A stretch of DNA of 64,000 nt from Hemiscyllium ocellatum (lineage: Eukaryota), in assembly GCF_020745735.1 (NCBI RefSeq), contig NC_083409.1, forward strand, positions 5,693,534-5,757,533, written 5' to 3'. Positions 49,550 to 63,200 of this stretch are shown in pieces. The notes beneath the pieces are model-generated. The model made no database searches. It was not told where the DNA came from and saw only the letters and a program-made list of their open reading frames with translations. A program made the translations under genes and the position numbers. The stretch's first letter is position 1; each line of letters begins with the position of its first letter.

Positions 49550-52500
49550 GGTTAGCCTTTAACTCTGCGGGTGTGCCCACTGGTCCAATTTTCTCTTCCT
49601 TGTGGAAACAGCTTCTCCACGTCCACTCTATCCAGGCCTCTCGGTATTCTGTAAGTTTCAATGTAATCTCCCCATGCCCTTCTGAACTCCATCAAGTACA
49701 CAGCCAGAGGCCTCGTTCGCTCCTCATCAGACCAGGCTGTCACCCCCAAGGTCATTCTTATAAACCAACTCTGGACCTCCCCAATGCACGCACATCCCTC
49801 CTTAGATATGGGCCCAAACTGCTCACAATATTCCAAATGCGGTCTGACCAGAGTCTCATACAGCCTCAGCAGGACACACCAGCTCTTGTATTCTAACTCA
49901 GTTGAAATGAATGATAACATTGAATTTGTTTTCCTAATTGATAACAGAACGAAAATGTTCACCTTCTGAGTAACCTGAAAGAGGACTTCCAAGTCCCTTT
50001 GTAATTGAGAATTCTGAATTTCCCTATCTAGAAAACAGTTTGAGCTTCTATTCTTCGAACCAAAGTGCATAACCTCACACTTTTCCACATTGTATTACAT
50101 CAGTCATTTCTTGCCCACTCTCTGAGCCTTTCCAAGACACTCTTCAGCCTCCCTGCTGCCTCAACTATGCCTGTTATTCCCCTCATCTTTGTGTCATCAG
50201 CAAATTTATCAAAAAGCCCTCAGTTCCTTTTCCTAGATCGTTAATATATAATTAATTTTTACATGAAGAGCTGAGGTCCCTACACTGCCACCTGCTGAAC
50301 TGCACGAGGCACCAGCTGCCATTCTGCAAAAGAACCATTTGTTTGCCCTCTCTATCCATGTCAGTACCTGGCCCCAAATCCCATGAGCTCTTATGTTATT
50401 TATGTGTGGTAACTCGTCAAAGGCCTTCTGGAAATCCAAATAGATCATGTCCAATGGCTCTCCTTTGCCTAACGTGCTCATTAACTCCTATTACTACATC
50501 CTAATTTCAGCTTCTCCCTCTGGAACTGCAGGGTGAATTCTAACACATTATGATTACTGCCCCCTCAGGGTTCATTCACCTTCAGCTCCCCAATCAGGGC
50601 TGCCTCACTACACATCACCGAATCCGACATTACCTGTTTCCTAGGGGCTCCACCACAAACTGTTCCAAAAAAGCGTCTCATAGACATTCCATGAATTCCT
50701 TCACTTGAGATCCATTCCCAACCTGACTTTCCAAGTCCACCTGCATTTTGCAGTCCCCATGACTATTGTAATAATCCCTTTCTTATATGCCTTTTCTATC
50801 TCATGATTTATTTTCTGATCCACATCCCGATTATATGAGGGGGTTTGTACATAACTACCATCAGGGGTTTTGTTTCTTTGTGGTTTCTTAAGTTGACTTT
50901 CACAGATTCTATGCATTCTAAAATTATACTTCCTCTTCCTGCCGATGTAATTTCAATTCTAACTGACAGAGTAAACCCGCTCACCAACACCCCAACATGC
51001 TCATCTACCGATCATTAGAAACATAGAAAATTGCTGCTGGAATAGGCTACTCTGCCCTGAGAGCCTGCACCACCGTTTAATATGATCATGACTGATTATG
51101 CAATCTCCGTATCTCATTCCCACTCTCCCCCATATCCCTCGATACTTTCAGCTGCAAGTGCCACATCCCTCTTGATATATGTCGAACAAACTGGCCCCAC
51201 GAGATTTCTGTGGTAGAGAGTTCCACAGGTTCACAACATCTGAATTACCTAGCCCTTATTTGTGATCTTTGACCCCGAGTTTTGGATTTCCATAATATCG
51301 GGGACATTCTTCCAGCATCGAGCCTGTCAAATCCCATCAGGATTTTACATGTTTCTGTAAGATTCCCCTCATTCTTCTAAATAACAGTGAGTACAAGCCC
51401 AGTCGATCATATGTCAGTCCTGCTGTCCCAGGAATCAGTCTCATGAACCTTCGCTGGACTCCCTCAAGAGCAAGAATGTCCTTCCTCAGACTAGGAGACC
51501 AAAACTGCACACTATACTCAAGGCGAGGCCTCACCAAGGCCCTGTTTAATTCTGCAAGACATCCTTACTCCAATACACAAAACCTCTCACTGTGAAGGCC
51601 AACATACCATTAGCTTTCCTCACTGCCTGCTGCACCTGCATGCCACCTTTCAGTGACTATTCCACCATGACACCCAGCTCTCATTGCACCTCACCTTTTC
51701 CTAAACTTTCACCATTCGTTAATAATCTGAGTTCCTGTTTCCCACCAAAGTGGATGATCTCACATTTATCCATATTATATTGCATTTGCCAAGCATTTTC
51801 CCACTTAGCCAGCCTGTCCAACTAACCCTGCGTCCTCTTAGCATCCTCCTCACACCACACACTGTCACCCAGCTCCGTGTCATCTGAAAATTTGTAGGGG
51901 TTGCATTCAATTCCTTTGTCTATATCGTTTATCAATATTGTGAACAGCTGGGGTCCCAGCACTGAACCCTGTGGTACCCCACTCATCACTGCCTGCTACT
52001 CTGTGAAGGACCACTCTGAGAAGAACTCATTTATTGCAACTCTCTGCTTTCTATCTGGCAACGAGTGCTCTCTCCTTGTCAATACATTACCTCCAATACC
52101 ATGAGGTTTAATGTAACTCACCAATCTCTTGTATTGGACCTTGTCAAAAGCCTTTTGAAATTCCAGATACACACTATCACTCAACCCGAAATTCTAACTT
52201 CGATTGTTCTCCACAATACAAATTTTGTATTGGTTGTCCACTGATTCAGCCTTGTCCACTCTCAACTGATCACATCCTCAAAGCCTTCCAGAAGATATGT
52301 CAGGTCTGATTTCCCTTTCGTTATTCCATGCTGACTTGGACCGTTCCTGTTACTGCTTTCCAAATGCTCGGTTATTGTATCTTTAATAACTGACTCCGGT
52401 GATTTCCTCATGTATAATTCCTCATTTTCATTATCCCTCCTTTTATTAAAATGTGGGGTTATATTGGATACTATCTGGTCAATTGGAACTCTGTCAGCGT

Positions 52501-54080
52501 CTGCAGAATGCCAGAAAATGATCACCAATATGCCCACTATTTGTACACCCGCTTCGTTAAGAACTCTGAGTTGCAGAGCATCAGGCCCTGGGGACATATT
52601 AAGTTTTGGTGGCGTCAACGTCTCCAAAACCATTTCCTGACTAATAAGGACTACTTTCAGTTCCTCCTTCACACTTGACCCACTATCCCCTCTCATTTCC
52701 TTTCAATAGGATGTGCATCCCTGGATGTTTAGTTCCCAGCCCTTATCCCCTTGCAGCCATGTCTTTGAGCTATAGACTCATTTACCTTATTTCATATACT
52801 AGATGCATAGAAGTACAACACCCACAGTCGTGCATTGACTGCCTCCTTCTCATAGTTAACTTCTTTAGAAATCATAGAAACCCTACAATGTGGAAGCAGG
52901 CCATTCAGCCCAGACTGACCCTTCAAAAAGCATCCCACCCACCCAGAAATTCCCATGGATAATCCTCCTAACCTACTCATCTTTGTGACAATGGGAGAAA
53001 CCCAAGGAGACACGGGGAGAATGTGTAGACTTCACACAGACAGTCAGTTGGAATTGAGTCTGTGTCTCCGGAGCTGTGAGACAGCAGTGCTAACCACTGA
53101 TCCATCATTCCACTCTGCGGGGCCTCAAGTTCAATTCCTGATCCTTTCCATACTCTCGATCCTATTACTTGCTCAGGATACTTTAATAAAGTGTCCTGAG
53201 CCCCTACCTTCTTTAATTAGTTTAAATTCATCGGAAGCTTGATTTACCTTGCTTTGTATGGTACCACTTTGTCTACATCATTCCGAATGATTCATGCGTT
53301 AAGAGACAAAGCCTTTAAGTTTGTTCTAGTGCTGAGCTTCCCTGAACTTTAAAGTTTCCTCAGTACAATATGACATTCACAATACTCTGTCCCTTTCCTT
53401 TTATTTTCTGGTAACAATCAATCCCATCACTATCCAGTAACGCTACCTTCTCCTTTAACTTTCATTTTCTCATTTTCCATCCAACTGTTACTTTCACCTT
53501 GAATCATATTCAGGCAGATATTTATCCCTGAACAAACATCTCTCAAAATGTTCCTTGGTTCATTGTTGCTTGTGAGATCTTGCTGTGTACAATCAGGCTT
53601 CCACATTTCCTTTATTACAACAAGTGACCACATTCCAAACAAGTCCCACACTGTCTGCAAATGTCTTTGGGACAGCATGAATCTTTCTTTTCTTTGGATG
53701 AACTGGGAGTCTTTCAGATGTGAAAGATGCCGTTCCAATGTTGCACAGTCCTCCTCCTGAATTACGGTTTCTGCTTTGTCCCTCTCTTTTGTGAAAACAG
53801 ACCTAAAGTTTTCATGAGGAACCATTGCTCCATTTTCCACCACCGCACACAGGTTCCCTTCCTGCTTTCGAATGGGCCTCATACATTCCTTCATTCTCTT
53901 GTTCTTTTCGTGACAATAAAACATCATTGGGATTTCCGGGACTTCATTTGGCCACATTTCATCCTGTCGTTTCTTTGCTTTCCTCAGGTCCTGGTAAATT
54001 TCATCTTTCCTTTTTTTCTTTCAGCCCACTTTTACCCAATCGCTGCTCTGTTCAGTAAAATGGTTTGTTCCTAAATGAAA
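49550..54080 (-). mobile_element. Stack of decayed CR1/HER1 fragments, with an HE1 SINE at about 52870-53125
   Basis: RPHLEYCEQF, YLDFQKAFD, RPRLEYSVQFWSP, SPGPDALQ; parts are paralogous to 6830-8300. Confidence 0.82.
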
Positions 54081-54450
54081 ACTTTTCCACTTGTTCCCTG
54101 GTTCTCCATTTCCATCCATACTCTCAATCTCACTGAATACTGATTACTGTCACTCAAATGCTCCCCCATTGATAGCCCTTCCAGCGGCCACATTCATTCC
54201 ATAAATGATTGTCCAAATCTGTCCCTTCTTTTTCACCATCACCTTCTCAGGGGCAATTAGGAATGGACAATAAATTCTCGCCCTACCAGTAACACTGACA
54301 TCCAAAGAAGCAATTTTAAAACTCCCTGTCGTTTTATGGGTTTGTTAAGTATTGATTACAAATGTTCAAATGGATTGTTTTGCCACTGAATGTTCGCAGT
54401 TGAAATCCCTTCAAATGGCAGGGATTAACATTATTTCTCTTGTCTTTCAG

Positions 54451-54779
54451 GCCGTGAGAACTCTCTGTCCAAGCTGACCCTACGGCCACCCTCCCCGGAG
54501 CAGGTCAATGCCAAGGGCACAGCTACCCAGGTGTGCCTTGCCAATCACTTCTATCCCGATGAGCTGGAGGTGCAGTGGAAAAAGGATGGTGCAGTCATTT
54601 CGGACGGGGTTCAGACCAGCAACTACCTGCGAGCTTCGGACAGCACCTACAGTGTCAGCAGCCTGCTGATCCTCTCTGGGTCTGACTGGGAGTCCAACGC
54701 TCGCTTATCCTGTGCCCTCACACACGTGACCCTCCCCTCTCCCCTCAGCAAGAGCTTCAGGAGATCAGAATGTGGGTAG
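54451..54779 (+). CDS. IGKC: Ig kappa-type (NS4-like) light-chain constant exon, open frame (unit C)
   Basis: Acceptor tgtctttcAG ends at 54450; phase-1 exon RENSLSKLTLRPPSPEQVNAKGTATQVCLANHFYPDELEVQWKKDGAVISDGVQTSNYLRASDSTYSVSSLLILSGSDWESNARLSCALTHVTLPSPLSKSFRRSECG*. Both intradomain Cys, the Trp, FYP and the penultimate Cys are present. Confidence 0.95.
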
Positions 54780-55302
54780 AGTGTTGCAGACAGTCCACAG
54801 AGGAGACACAACTTTAAATAGAACTGGGCTGAGCTGGCAGGACAAAGGTCATGGTTAGCACTGAATGTCAACTCTCATCCTTCTTGGGATTGGCTCAGAG
54901 ACACGTCTGAGGTTCGAGGGTTAAGGCAGGTCTTTGGGATCATCAAAAACAAGCTTTACTCTGTATCAAACACCATGCCCTCTAATCTAGGAGTGTTTGT
55001 TTAGACAGTGAAGACTGGTGATGCCAAGTAAAACCTCTCGAAGATGCTGAAAACTGTCAGCTGCACAAAACAATGTGAACCTCAGAAGTCTCTGCTTCAG
55101 TAAACCAGATCTCCTTCCTGCTCAGCTACCAGTTCCAATTTAAGCTTCTGTCACTGTTTAAAGAGACAGAATTCTTATATTATTAAGAAAATCTCTACGA
55201 ATGTTTTCCTTAAGCTCCAAAGTGGCTGTGAATTTGAGCAGCTTCCTCTGTCTGGGCTGTTAATTGAAGTCTATTTTCTATCAATGTCAATCTGGAAAAA
55301 GG

Positions 55303-55308
55303 AATAAA
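55303..55308 (+). terminator. Putative polyadenylation signal of unit C constant exon
   Basis: First AATAAA I found downstream of the stop at 54779; no transcript evidence. Confidence 0.5.
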
Positions 55309-56814
55309 GATGAAGAAGATTCAGTCTCTGTCTCGCGTTTGCTTTGGGAATGGCCAGAGCGGAAACCTCAGGGAAAGGTGTGGAACAAGGCCTGGAACAA
55401 GAGGGGGAGAATCAAGAGGGTAATGAGGTCCCTGGAGCAGGAGGACAATTCTACAACTGCGTCCAGAATTGGTTCTTTCAAAAGGAATGCACGGCCCCAA
55501 GGAATTCTTTCCCAATAAATGGAGAAAAGAAGGAAGGCAGGAAGGGACACTGGGGAACACAATAATCTGATGGAAATTCCCTCACCTATCCCATAGGCAC
55601 AGCAACATCGCAGGCCAAGAAGTTTAACTCAACTGTTTGTGAGCCAGTGCCATTGGGAACCCTGCATTAATGAATATGACCAGCAGGCTCTTGTTATTCA
55701 GAATAACAATTCTACAGGTTTTAGGAAATAAATATTCCATAAATTAAACCTAGATTTTCTTTCCTCTTCAAATGGGACGGAATTGCCCCGTGTGTCCATG
55801 GGGTCAGATTGAGAATGTTCAGTCCGGGGGCATCTGGGAGTCACAGCTGGGAAGGTCCATCAATGATGGTCCTTCTGCTGTCGCATTCTGTAGCCTCTGG
55901 GCCATCTCAATGAGGATCATCCAGGGATCAGGGTGGATTCCAGAGCAGCTCATTGCCCTGACTGTTGTGTTCCTCAGTCCACATGTGGCTCCAGCAATCT
56001 CACTGCATGGCTCTAGTATCATTGGGAATCCATGGGGCTGAACTCTTACACAAACAGACCCTCACACAGTGGGGAGTCTGCTGGTGGCTCAGAAAACCTT
56101 TGGATGCAGTCCCAGATTCCACCGTAGCTCTTTCATTCAAACACAGCATTAGCACACTGACACCACATTCAGAGGACAATCCTGAGAAGGGGCAAGTTTG
56201 ATTCTTGATTCCAATGTAAGGCAATGGGGGTTGGGTGTGAAATGTCCAGTCTGAAACTGGTACTTTATAATGAAGTATAGAAACTGTTGTTAGAATAAAG
56301 TTAGGTGTTGATGGGAGTGAGGAATAGCTCAGTGATCTGTCTCCTCGACAGCCCTCGACATCCTATATTTCTCTACCTTTCCCAGAAAAGGTGAAGTATT
56401 CTCTGTCTCTCTGGGACAGGACATTTTAAAGAGGGCTGTGGGAAGGAAACTGTTGACTCCCAATGACAAAGCCAATGGATGGATGTGGAGCTGGCTCTGT
56501 GAAATCTTTGGGGCAGAGGATGACAACAGAAGCAATTCAATGTTGTTGCTATCTCCTTTGCAATTGCTAAACTGATAACAATTACTTTTTTCTCAAGATT
56601 TGCCCCCATGTATTCGATCCACGTGCCTTTTTTGCTTTGCTTCTTTTGAATTCAGTCTGTGGGCAGTTCCATCAAAACCCAATCTCCCCACACTCATCCT
56701 TCCCCCTGAAGATTAGAGACGAATAAAAAAAAACTGCAAATGCTGGAATCCAAGGTTTACATACAAGAGGCTGGGAGAACACAGTAAGCCCAGGCAGCAG
56801 CAGGAGGAAGAGAA

Positions 56815-57124
56815 GTCGACGTTTTGAGTATAACCTTTCTTCAGGAATTGGGGTGGATAGGTATTGGGGGAGTTGCAGATTAAGGGAGTGGCGGGGGAAG
56901 GGTGGTGAGGTGGGGATATATGGAGACAGGTCGAGGATAGGACCTGGTTGGTCGAGGGGAGGGATAACTCTGGATTCATCTCTCACATCGACCAATCAGG
57001 TCACATTCTCTATCTTTCTCAACCTATCCCCACCTCACCACCTTGCTCCAACCCATCCATTTATCTGCAACTCCCCCACGCCTTTCCCCGCTTCCTGAAG
57101 AAGAGTTACACCAGAAATGTCGAC
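56815..57124. mobile_element. ~310-bp foldback element (unit C copy)
   Basis: gtcgacgttttgagtataacctttcttcaggaa...ttcctgaagaagagttacaccagaaatgtcgac. Confidence 0.82.
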
Positions 57125-58771
57125 CCCTGAACAGATTAGGCGAGGTTATTTCACAGAATCAAATCATCGAACCCATCAATCCTGAGATAAGATTGCAGCT
57201 TTGAAGTAATATTTCCTGGTTGCAAATGTAAAATGTCTCTCAGGCTGAAAAAAGGAAGCTTTCGATTGAGAAATTAGTGAGCTTAACCCAGATCCTGAAA
57301 AACAGCACTACAGAATGGAGTGATATAAATCAGAAACAAAATAAATAGAGGGCAGCCTATATACTGCAGCTAGCACTGAGTGCAGTCAGCGCAGAGGGGA
57401 ATGCAGGGAAAGTTGGTCAGTGTGGGAGTTCGGTGAACTGGGGGAAGGAGTCAACCTTTGCTTTTTCAAACTGATTTGGAACTGTCACTTCAGCTGCTGG
57501 GAGCGTGCACATGCACTTGGTTTGAATTAAACAAAATGATAAACAAGAAAATAGGAATCTGGGATTTGTTTAATTTGAGGGGCGGTATAAATAAACTGCT
57601 TCAGGACTTGTCCATTAGGGAAGGTTAATAAATAGAAAGTACTGAAACTTCAAAAGAGACTGAAGACAATTACTGCTCTAATGAAGGAATGGATATTTTT
57701 TCATTTGTAAGTTAGAACATTTCTTTATTGCATTGAAATAGTTCAGGGTACATATATCTGCAGTGAATGTATAAAAATACAGGAACTCCCACTCAGGGAA
57801 TTTGGAAAGAAGGCTGAATTGAAAAACCAGTGATATATCAGGGAGTGCCAGAAGGAAGCTATAGGCCTCAGGACTGCACAGTTCAATTCCACATGTAGTA
57901 AGAGGCAGGAGGGTATGTCCATTGAGGGAGGCAGTCAGGGAGTTGGAGTATACTGTGGGACAGGAAACCCCCTCACTATTCTAAACCCCAGTGAGAACAA
58001 GGCCAGCCTTTCCAATCTTTCCTCATCACACAGCCCCCTCATTCCAGCGATCAATCGGGTAAAACCCCTCTGAATCACCTCCATTGCATTGATATCCTTC
58101 CTTCAATAAGGAGGCCAACTCTACACAAAATACAATATTTGAGATGTGATCACAACAATGTCCAGGAATTGCTGAAACATCACAGTCTCACTTTGTGGTC
58201 CCAAACACACCTACTATTACATTTACTAGCCTTTTTACTGTCCATCTTTAATTGTCCTGGACAAAATGGTGCTGTAGGTAGACCCACAATGTCTTTAGGA
58301 AGGGAATCGCAGAAATCTGACCCAGTGATGATATTTCCAAGTCAAACAGGTGAATAGCTTAGAGAGAACTTGCTGAGGTGATGTTCCCATTGTATCTGCT
58401 GCCCTTGTCCATCTTAATTCAAGTAATCACGGTTTTAGAAAGTATTGTCTCAGAACTTTTGATTAATTTATTGCAGTGCATCTTGTAAACAGTACACACA
58501 GACATCACTGAGTATTGATGTGGTGGGAATGGATGTGTGTGGAAGTGGTGCCAATCAAGCAGGCTAAAATTTGATCAACAAAATTTAAATAAAATAATAT
58601 AAAACAACTTAAAATTGAATAAAATAAAATGTTGCTGCTTTTTTGTTCAAACATCACTGAACCCCAAAACGTTAACTCCTCCTCTCCCCACAAAAGCTGC
58701 ACCTGTTCCCTTTCTCGCACTTCTCCAGCATTGCACTTCTATTTGAGATTTGCAGTATTTTGTTTCTATAT

Positions 58772-59072
58772 CGGCACGGTGGCACAGTGGTTAGCACTGC
58801 TGTCTCGCAGGGTCTGAGACCCGGGTTTAATTCCCGACTCAGGCGACTGACTGTGTGGAGTTTGCACGTTCTCCCCGTGTCTGCGTGGATTTCCTCCGGG
58901 TGCTACCGTTTCCTCCTACCGCCCAAAGATGTGCGGGTCAGGTGAATTGGCTATGCTAATTTGCCCGTAGTGTTATGGGGTAAATGTAGGGGTATGGGTG
59001 GGTTGCGCTTCCAACAAGTGTTGGACTTGTTGGGCCGAAGGACCTGTTTCCACACTGTAAGTAATCTAATCT
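58772..59072 (+). mobile_element. HE1-type SINE, full length, young
   Basis: Closely similar to 5290-5605; ends gtaagtaatctaatct. Confidence 0.92.
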
Positions 59073-62000
59073 GCCAATGCCATTGGTTATAAGAGAAGTA
59101 TTGGCCAGAACATTGGCGGGGGGGGGATTTGTCTGAGATGATCGGAAAGCCCTTACATTCACAATGACCTGTGAAGGCAGTGGTTTAACCAATTATCCAG
59201 CAGATGGCAACTTTGCCTTTGCCAGCCTCAGGATAGTGCTCCAGTCTCTGGGATGTGGGTTTCATTGGTAAGACCAGCATTTGTTCTCCATCCCTAACCG
59301 TCCTGAAACTGAGTGGCTTACTCGGCCTTTCAAATGTCAGGTAAGGGTCAGCCACATTGCTGGAGTCCTGGCAGAGTCAGACATCTACAACACGTCTACA
59401 AGATCAAGGCTCTTGGCCCAATGAGCCTAAGCCAGTCAAACAACCACCTCACTATTCTAATTCCATGTTCCAGCACTTGGCCCGTAGTCCTGTCTGCCTT
59501 GGCATCACAGCTGCACATTGAAATACTTCAATATTATGGGAGAGCTTCTGCCTCAATCACGCTTACAGGCAGTGAGTCCCAGACTGCCAACACCCTCTGG
59601 GTGAAAATGTCTTTCCTTATGTTTCCTCTGAAAATTCTACCATTTATCGTTAATCTGAACCTCTCCAGTCATTAATCATGACGCAACCCTATGGCACCAG
59701 GTCTCCCTTTATTGACACATGAACAGTCCTTGACTGTAATGCCTCATAGGGAGTCAGGCACCAGAGTCTCAGGCTCTCTGACACTCAGCCTGTTTATGTC
59801 AGTGAGGATTCTCCCCGTTGTATCCTCGTAACGATTTGAGTTTTCTTTGTGAAACCCAGTTGGGAATTCTATTGGCACTGAATCTTCCACACACTCCCAT
59901 CTCTCTTGATACTCACCGTTGTCTGGTTAATTCTTCCCATTCCCTTCTCCTCTCTGAGTTCATTCCATTTCAGTTAATTCTGTGATAATTCCATGGAGGA
60001 TGTGCACGAGAAACTGCCACAGAGAATCTACAAGCTCTTCAATGTTTGCAGAAAGCCTGGACTGTGCCTTTGTGTACCTTTCCTGAATTATTCCATATGA
60101 TCTGTCAGCCTCCATCCCAGCCTGATAACCATCTTGGACATTGGAAGGAAATGCCCAAGGAGCAGATTAACGTTGTGCATAAATCCTTTCAGCCGAAGCT
60201 TCAGTGTTTGCGCTCAGTGTGCATTTTCCCTTGCTAAGTGCTCCCTTTTGATGTGATAATGAGGAAAGAACACTTGTTGATGCAGTTTTCTTTTCATCAT
60301 CTCAGAATATTCAAAGCTGTGAGCAGAAAGCAGACATGTTCACGTACAAGATGGTGAGGTCCCACAGCCAGTAAACGAATGACGAAACACATCTGTTTTG
60401 TTGGCACTAGTTGAATAGTGAGCAGGTTGCCTGAGGGAATCTTTCAGAATGGGATCTTGTCGAGCTCCCTGTGGTGGGGGTGGGGGTGGTCAGGGTGTGG
60501 TCGTGGTAGAGCCTCAAATGATGGAGCCAGAGACTGCAACTTTCAGCAGTGCACCACATCCTCAGCCTGGATTCTGTGCTCTCATTTCTGAGGTGGCTTT
60601 CAATCCGATGACCATTTTGACGATGATACAGGAGCATTGCCCATGAAGCCAACGTCAGTAACAATGTAAACTGTGTGGCTCCGAAAGCATGAGTCTGCAT
60701 CTCAGATCGAAAGGATATCAGCTCATTCATCAAATCTGTTTCTACCACTCTGTAGGCTGACCAGGCTGCTGGTGCCTATCCAACACTCCAACGTTTTTAC
60801 TTGTGCCACAGCTCATTTTCCTGAGGGACAGTTTACGCGGAGTCGAAGAGTGTGGCGCTGGAAAAGCACAGAAGGTCAGGCAGTTGTGCTCAGGCCAAGG
60901 ACATGACCTTGTCCCTCTATCAGATCCTCTTCGAGAAACTCATGATTCAACACTGCCCTCTGCAGGACAATTAGGGAAGAGCAACAAGCAAGGATGGAGA
61001 TGGAGACGTGGAGCTTCAAATACTGATCTTTGCACTTTGGTGGCACGCTTTGATGGCTGTTTGTTAGATATTTGCGGATATATATTTTTGATGATCCCTC
61101 TGCTAATTGGAAGGACACTGCATCCTTCAGTCTGGCAAACCAGGTTCACCAATTTCAAGACTCTGTTTCTGGGCGACGCTCGAGTCTTTCAAAGAGATGA
61201 ATTCAAGCCTCACCACTTTGGTCATTTGAATTGGATGCCATTGATTTTGATTTATCCTGGGATGGGGTGGGCGTTGACGTGTCGGTTATTTGTTGTTCTT
61301 CCAGAATTGTCCTGGAGATGATGATGGTGAACCATGTAATATCTGGGAAGCAACTGACAGGTCATTCCCACTTGAATCCATTGGAAAGACTGCGGGTTTG
61401 TTCTCGGGTAATGGAAGGCGTCGTTACCCATAATCTGCAGCTGAAGGGCAAGTACTCTATAATTACTTGAAGGCTGCTGTTTCAGTGTGCCGGCACAATA
61501 CAAAGTCAGAAGGCACACAACACCAGGCTCTTGCTCAACAGGTTCATTTGAAATTGCAAGTTTCTGAAGCACTGCTCCTTCATCAGGTGCACCCCAGTCC
61601 ACCATTGGTATCCCCCACAGTACTGAACACTACAAATAACTGGGGCTCAGCGAGGATCCAACCAGCTCACTCTCAGAGAGTACAGCTCTCGAATCAGGAT
61701 ACCACAATGAAAATGCTCTCATGCTATGATATATCAAAAAGAAATACATTGATGTGACTATAGATTGTCTTCAGATTGTGTTTTTTTTTCCTTTCCGTGA
61801 TACACGTAGACATTGTCAGTGTTGGGTATCACAAAGTATGTTTCCTCCATTAAACACTTTCCAACACACTCTCTCCATCTTTCTTTCCTCCTTATTGACT
61901 CTTCAACATTGTCCTTGTTCCATATCTCCGTCCCAGTCCCAGAGGAATTGATGCCCGGAGTTCATGACCCCGCACTGTGTGAAGGTTAGTGTGAAGTAAG

Positions 62001-62169
62001 GCCAGTGCGTTGGAGCTTGGGCTACTGCCTCTGGCCCAAGTGTAGGGGCCTGTTCAAAAATCTGCACATTGTCCTTTTTCTCTTTCTGAATGAAGTGGAT
62101 CAAGTTGTAGTAACGAGCTGGAAACAAGGTGTCTTGTCTAAAATGTTCCCAGCATTGGGCACAGAACTG

Positions 62170-63200
62170 GCTTAGTCAGAGGAGACAAAGGGTAGCGATG
62201 GAGGGCTGTGACGAGTGATGTTCCACGGGGATCAGTGGTGGGAACTCTGCTGTTCTTGATCTCCATAAATGATTTGGAGCAAAGCGTAGCTGGTCCAATG
62301 AGTAAGTTTACGGTTGATACAAAGATTGGTAGAGTTGCAGATAATGAGAAGGATTGTCAGAGGATACAGCAGGATATTATATCAGTTGGATGCATGGACA
62401 GAAAAATGGCAGATGTCGTTTAATCCAAACAAATGTGAGGTGATGCATTTTGAAAGGTGATGGACAGATTGAAATTATATAGTGAATGGCAGAATCCTTT
62501 AAAGTATTGATGTGCAGAGGGACCTGGGTGCGTATGTTGACAGATCACTGAAGATGGCAGCACCAGGAGGTAAGGCAGTAAAAAAGGGTTATGGCATGCT
62601 TGCCTTTATTGGAAGGGGCATTGGGTCAAAGGATAGACAAGTTATGCTGCAGCTTTATCGAACATTAGTTAGGCCACACTTGGAATATTGCATGTAGTTC
62701 TGGTCACCACACTACCAGAAGGATGTGGATGTTATGAAGATGGTGCAGAAAAAATATGGCGGATAGTAGTCCTGAAGGAAGTTTGGATAGACTGGGTTTG
62801 TTTTCACTGGAATGCAGAAAAATGAGGCCTGTCCTATTAAGTTGTGAATGGGATATGTAGAGTGGAGAATATGAGGCTTTTGTATGCCCAGGGTTGTGGG
62901 GTCAATCATTGGGGGACAGAGGTTCAAGGGGCGGGGGAATTTAAAAGAGATGTGCGAGGCAAGTATTTCACACAAAGGGAGTTGAGTACCTGGAACACAC
63001 TGCCAGAGGAGGGGGTGGAAGCAGACACAATAGAAGTATTCAAGATATACCTGCACTAATGCATGAACAGGAAGGGAATAAAGGGATATGAATCCTGTAG
63101 GTGAAGACAGTTTCAGTATGGAAGGCCAAAATGTGTCAGCACAGGCTTGCAAGGCCGAAGGGCCTGTTCCTGTGCTGTATTGTTCCTTATTCGTTAATCC
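62170..63200 (+). mobile_element. CR1/HER1 3' fragment (paralog of 270-1920 and 26730-27800)
   Basis: TSDVPRGSVVGTLLF, QRDLGAYV, RTLVRPHLEYCM. Confidence 0.85.

Noticed and set aside
53929-53937. GGGATTTCC, NF-kB-like site about 510 bp before the C exon
   Set aside because: Lies in a CR1 remnant and I did not see it in the unit A intron.
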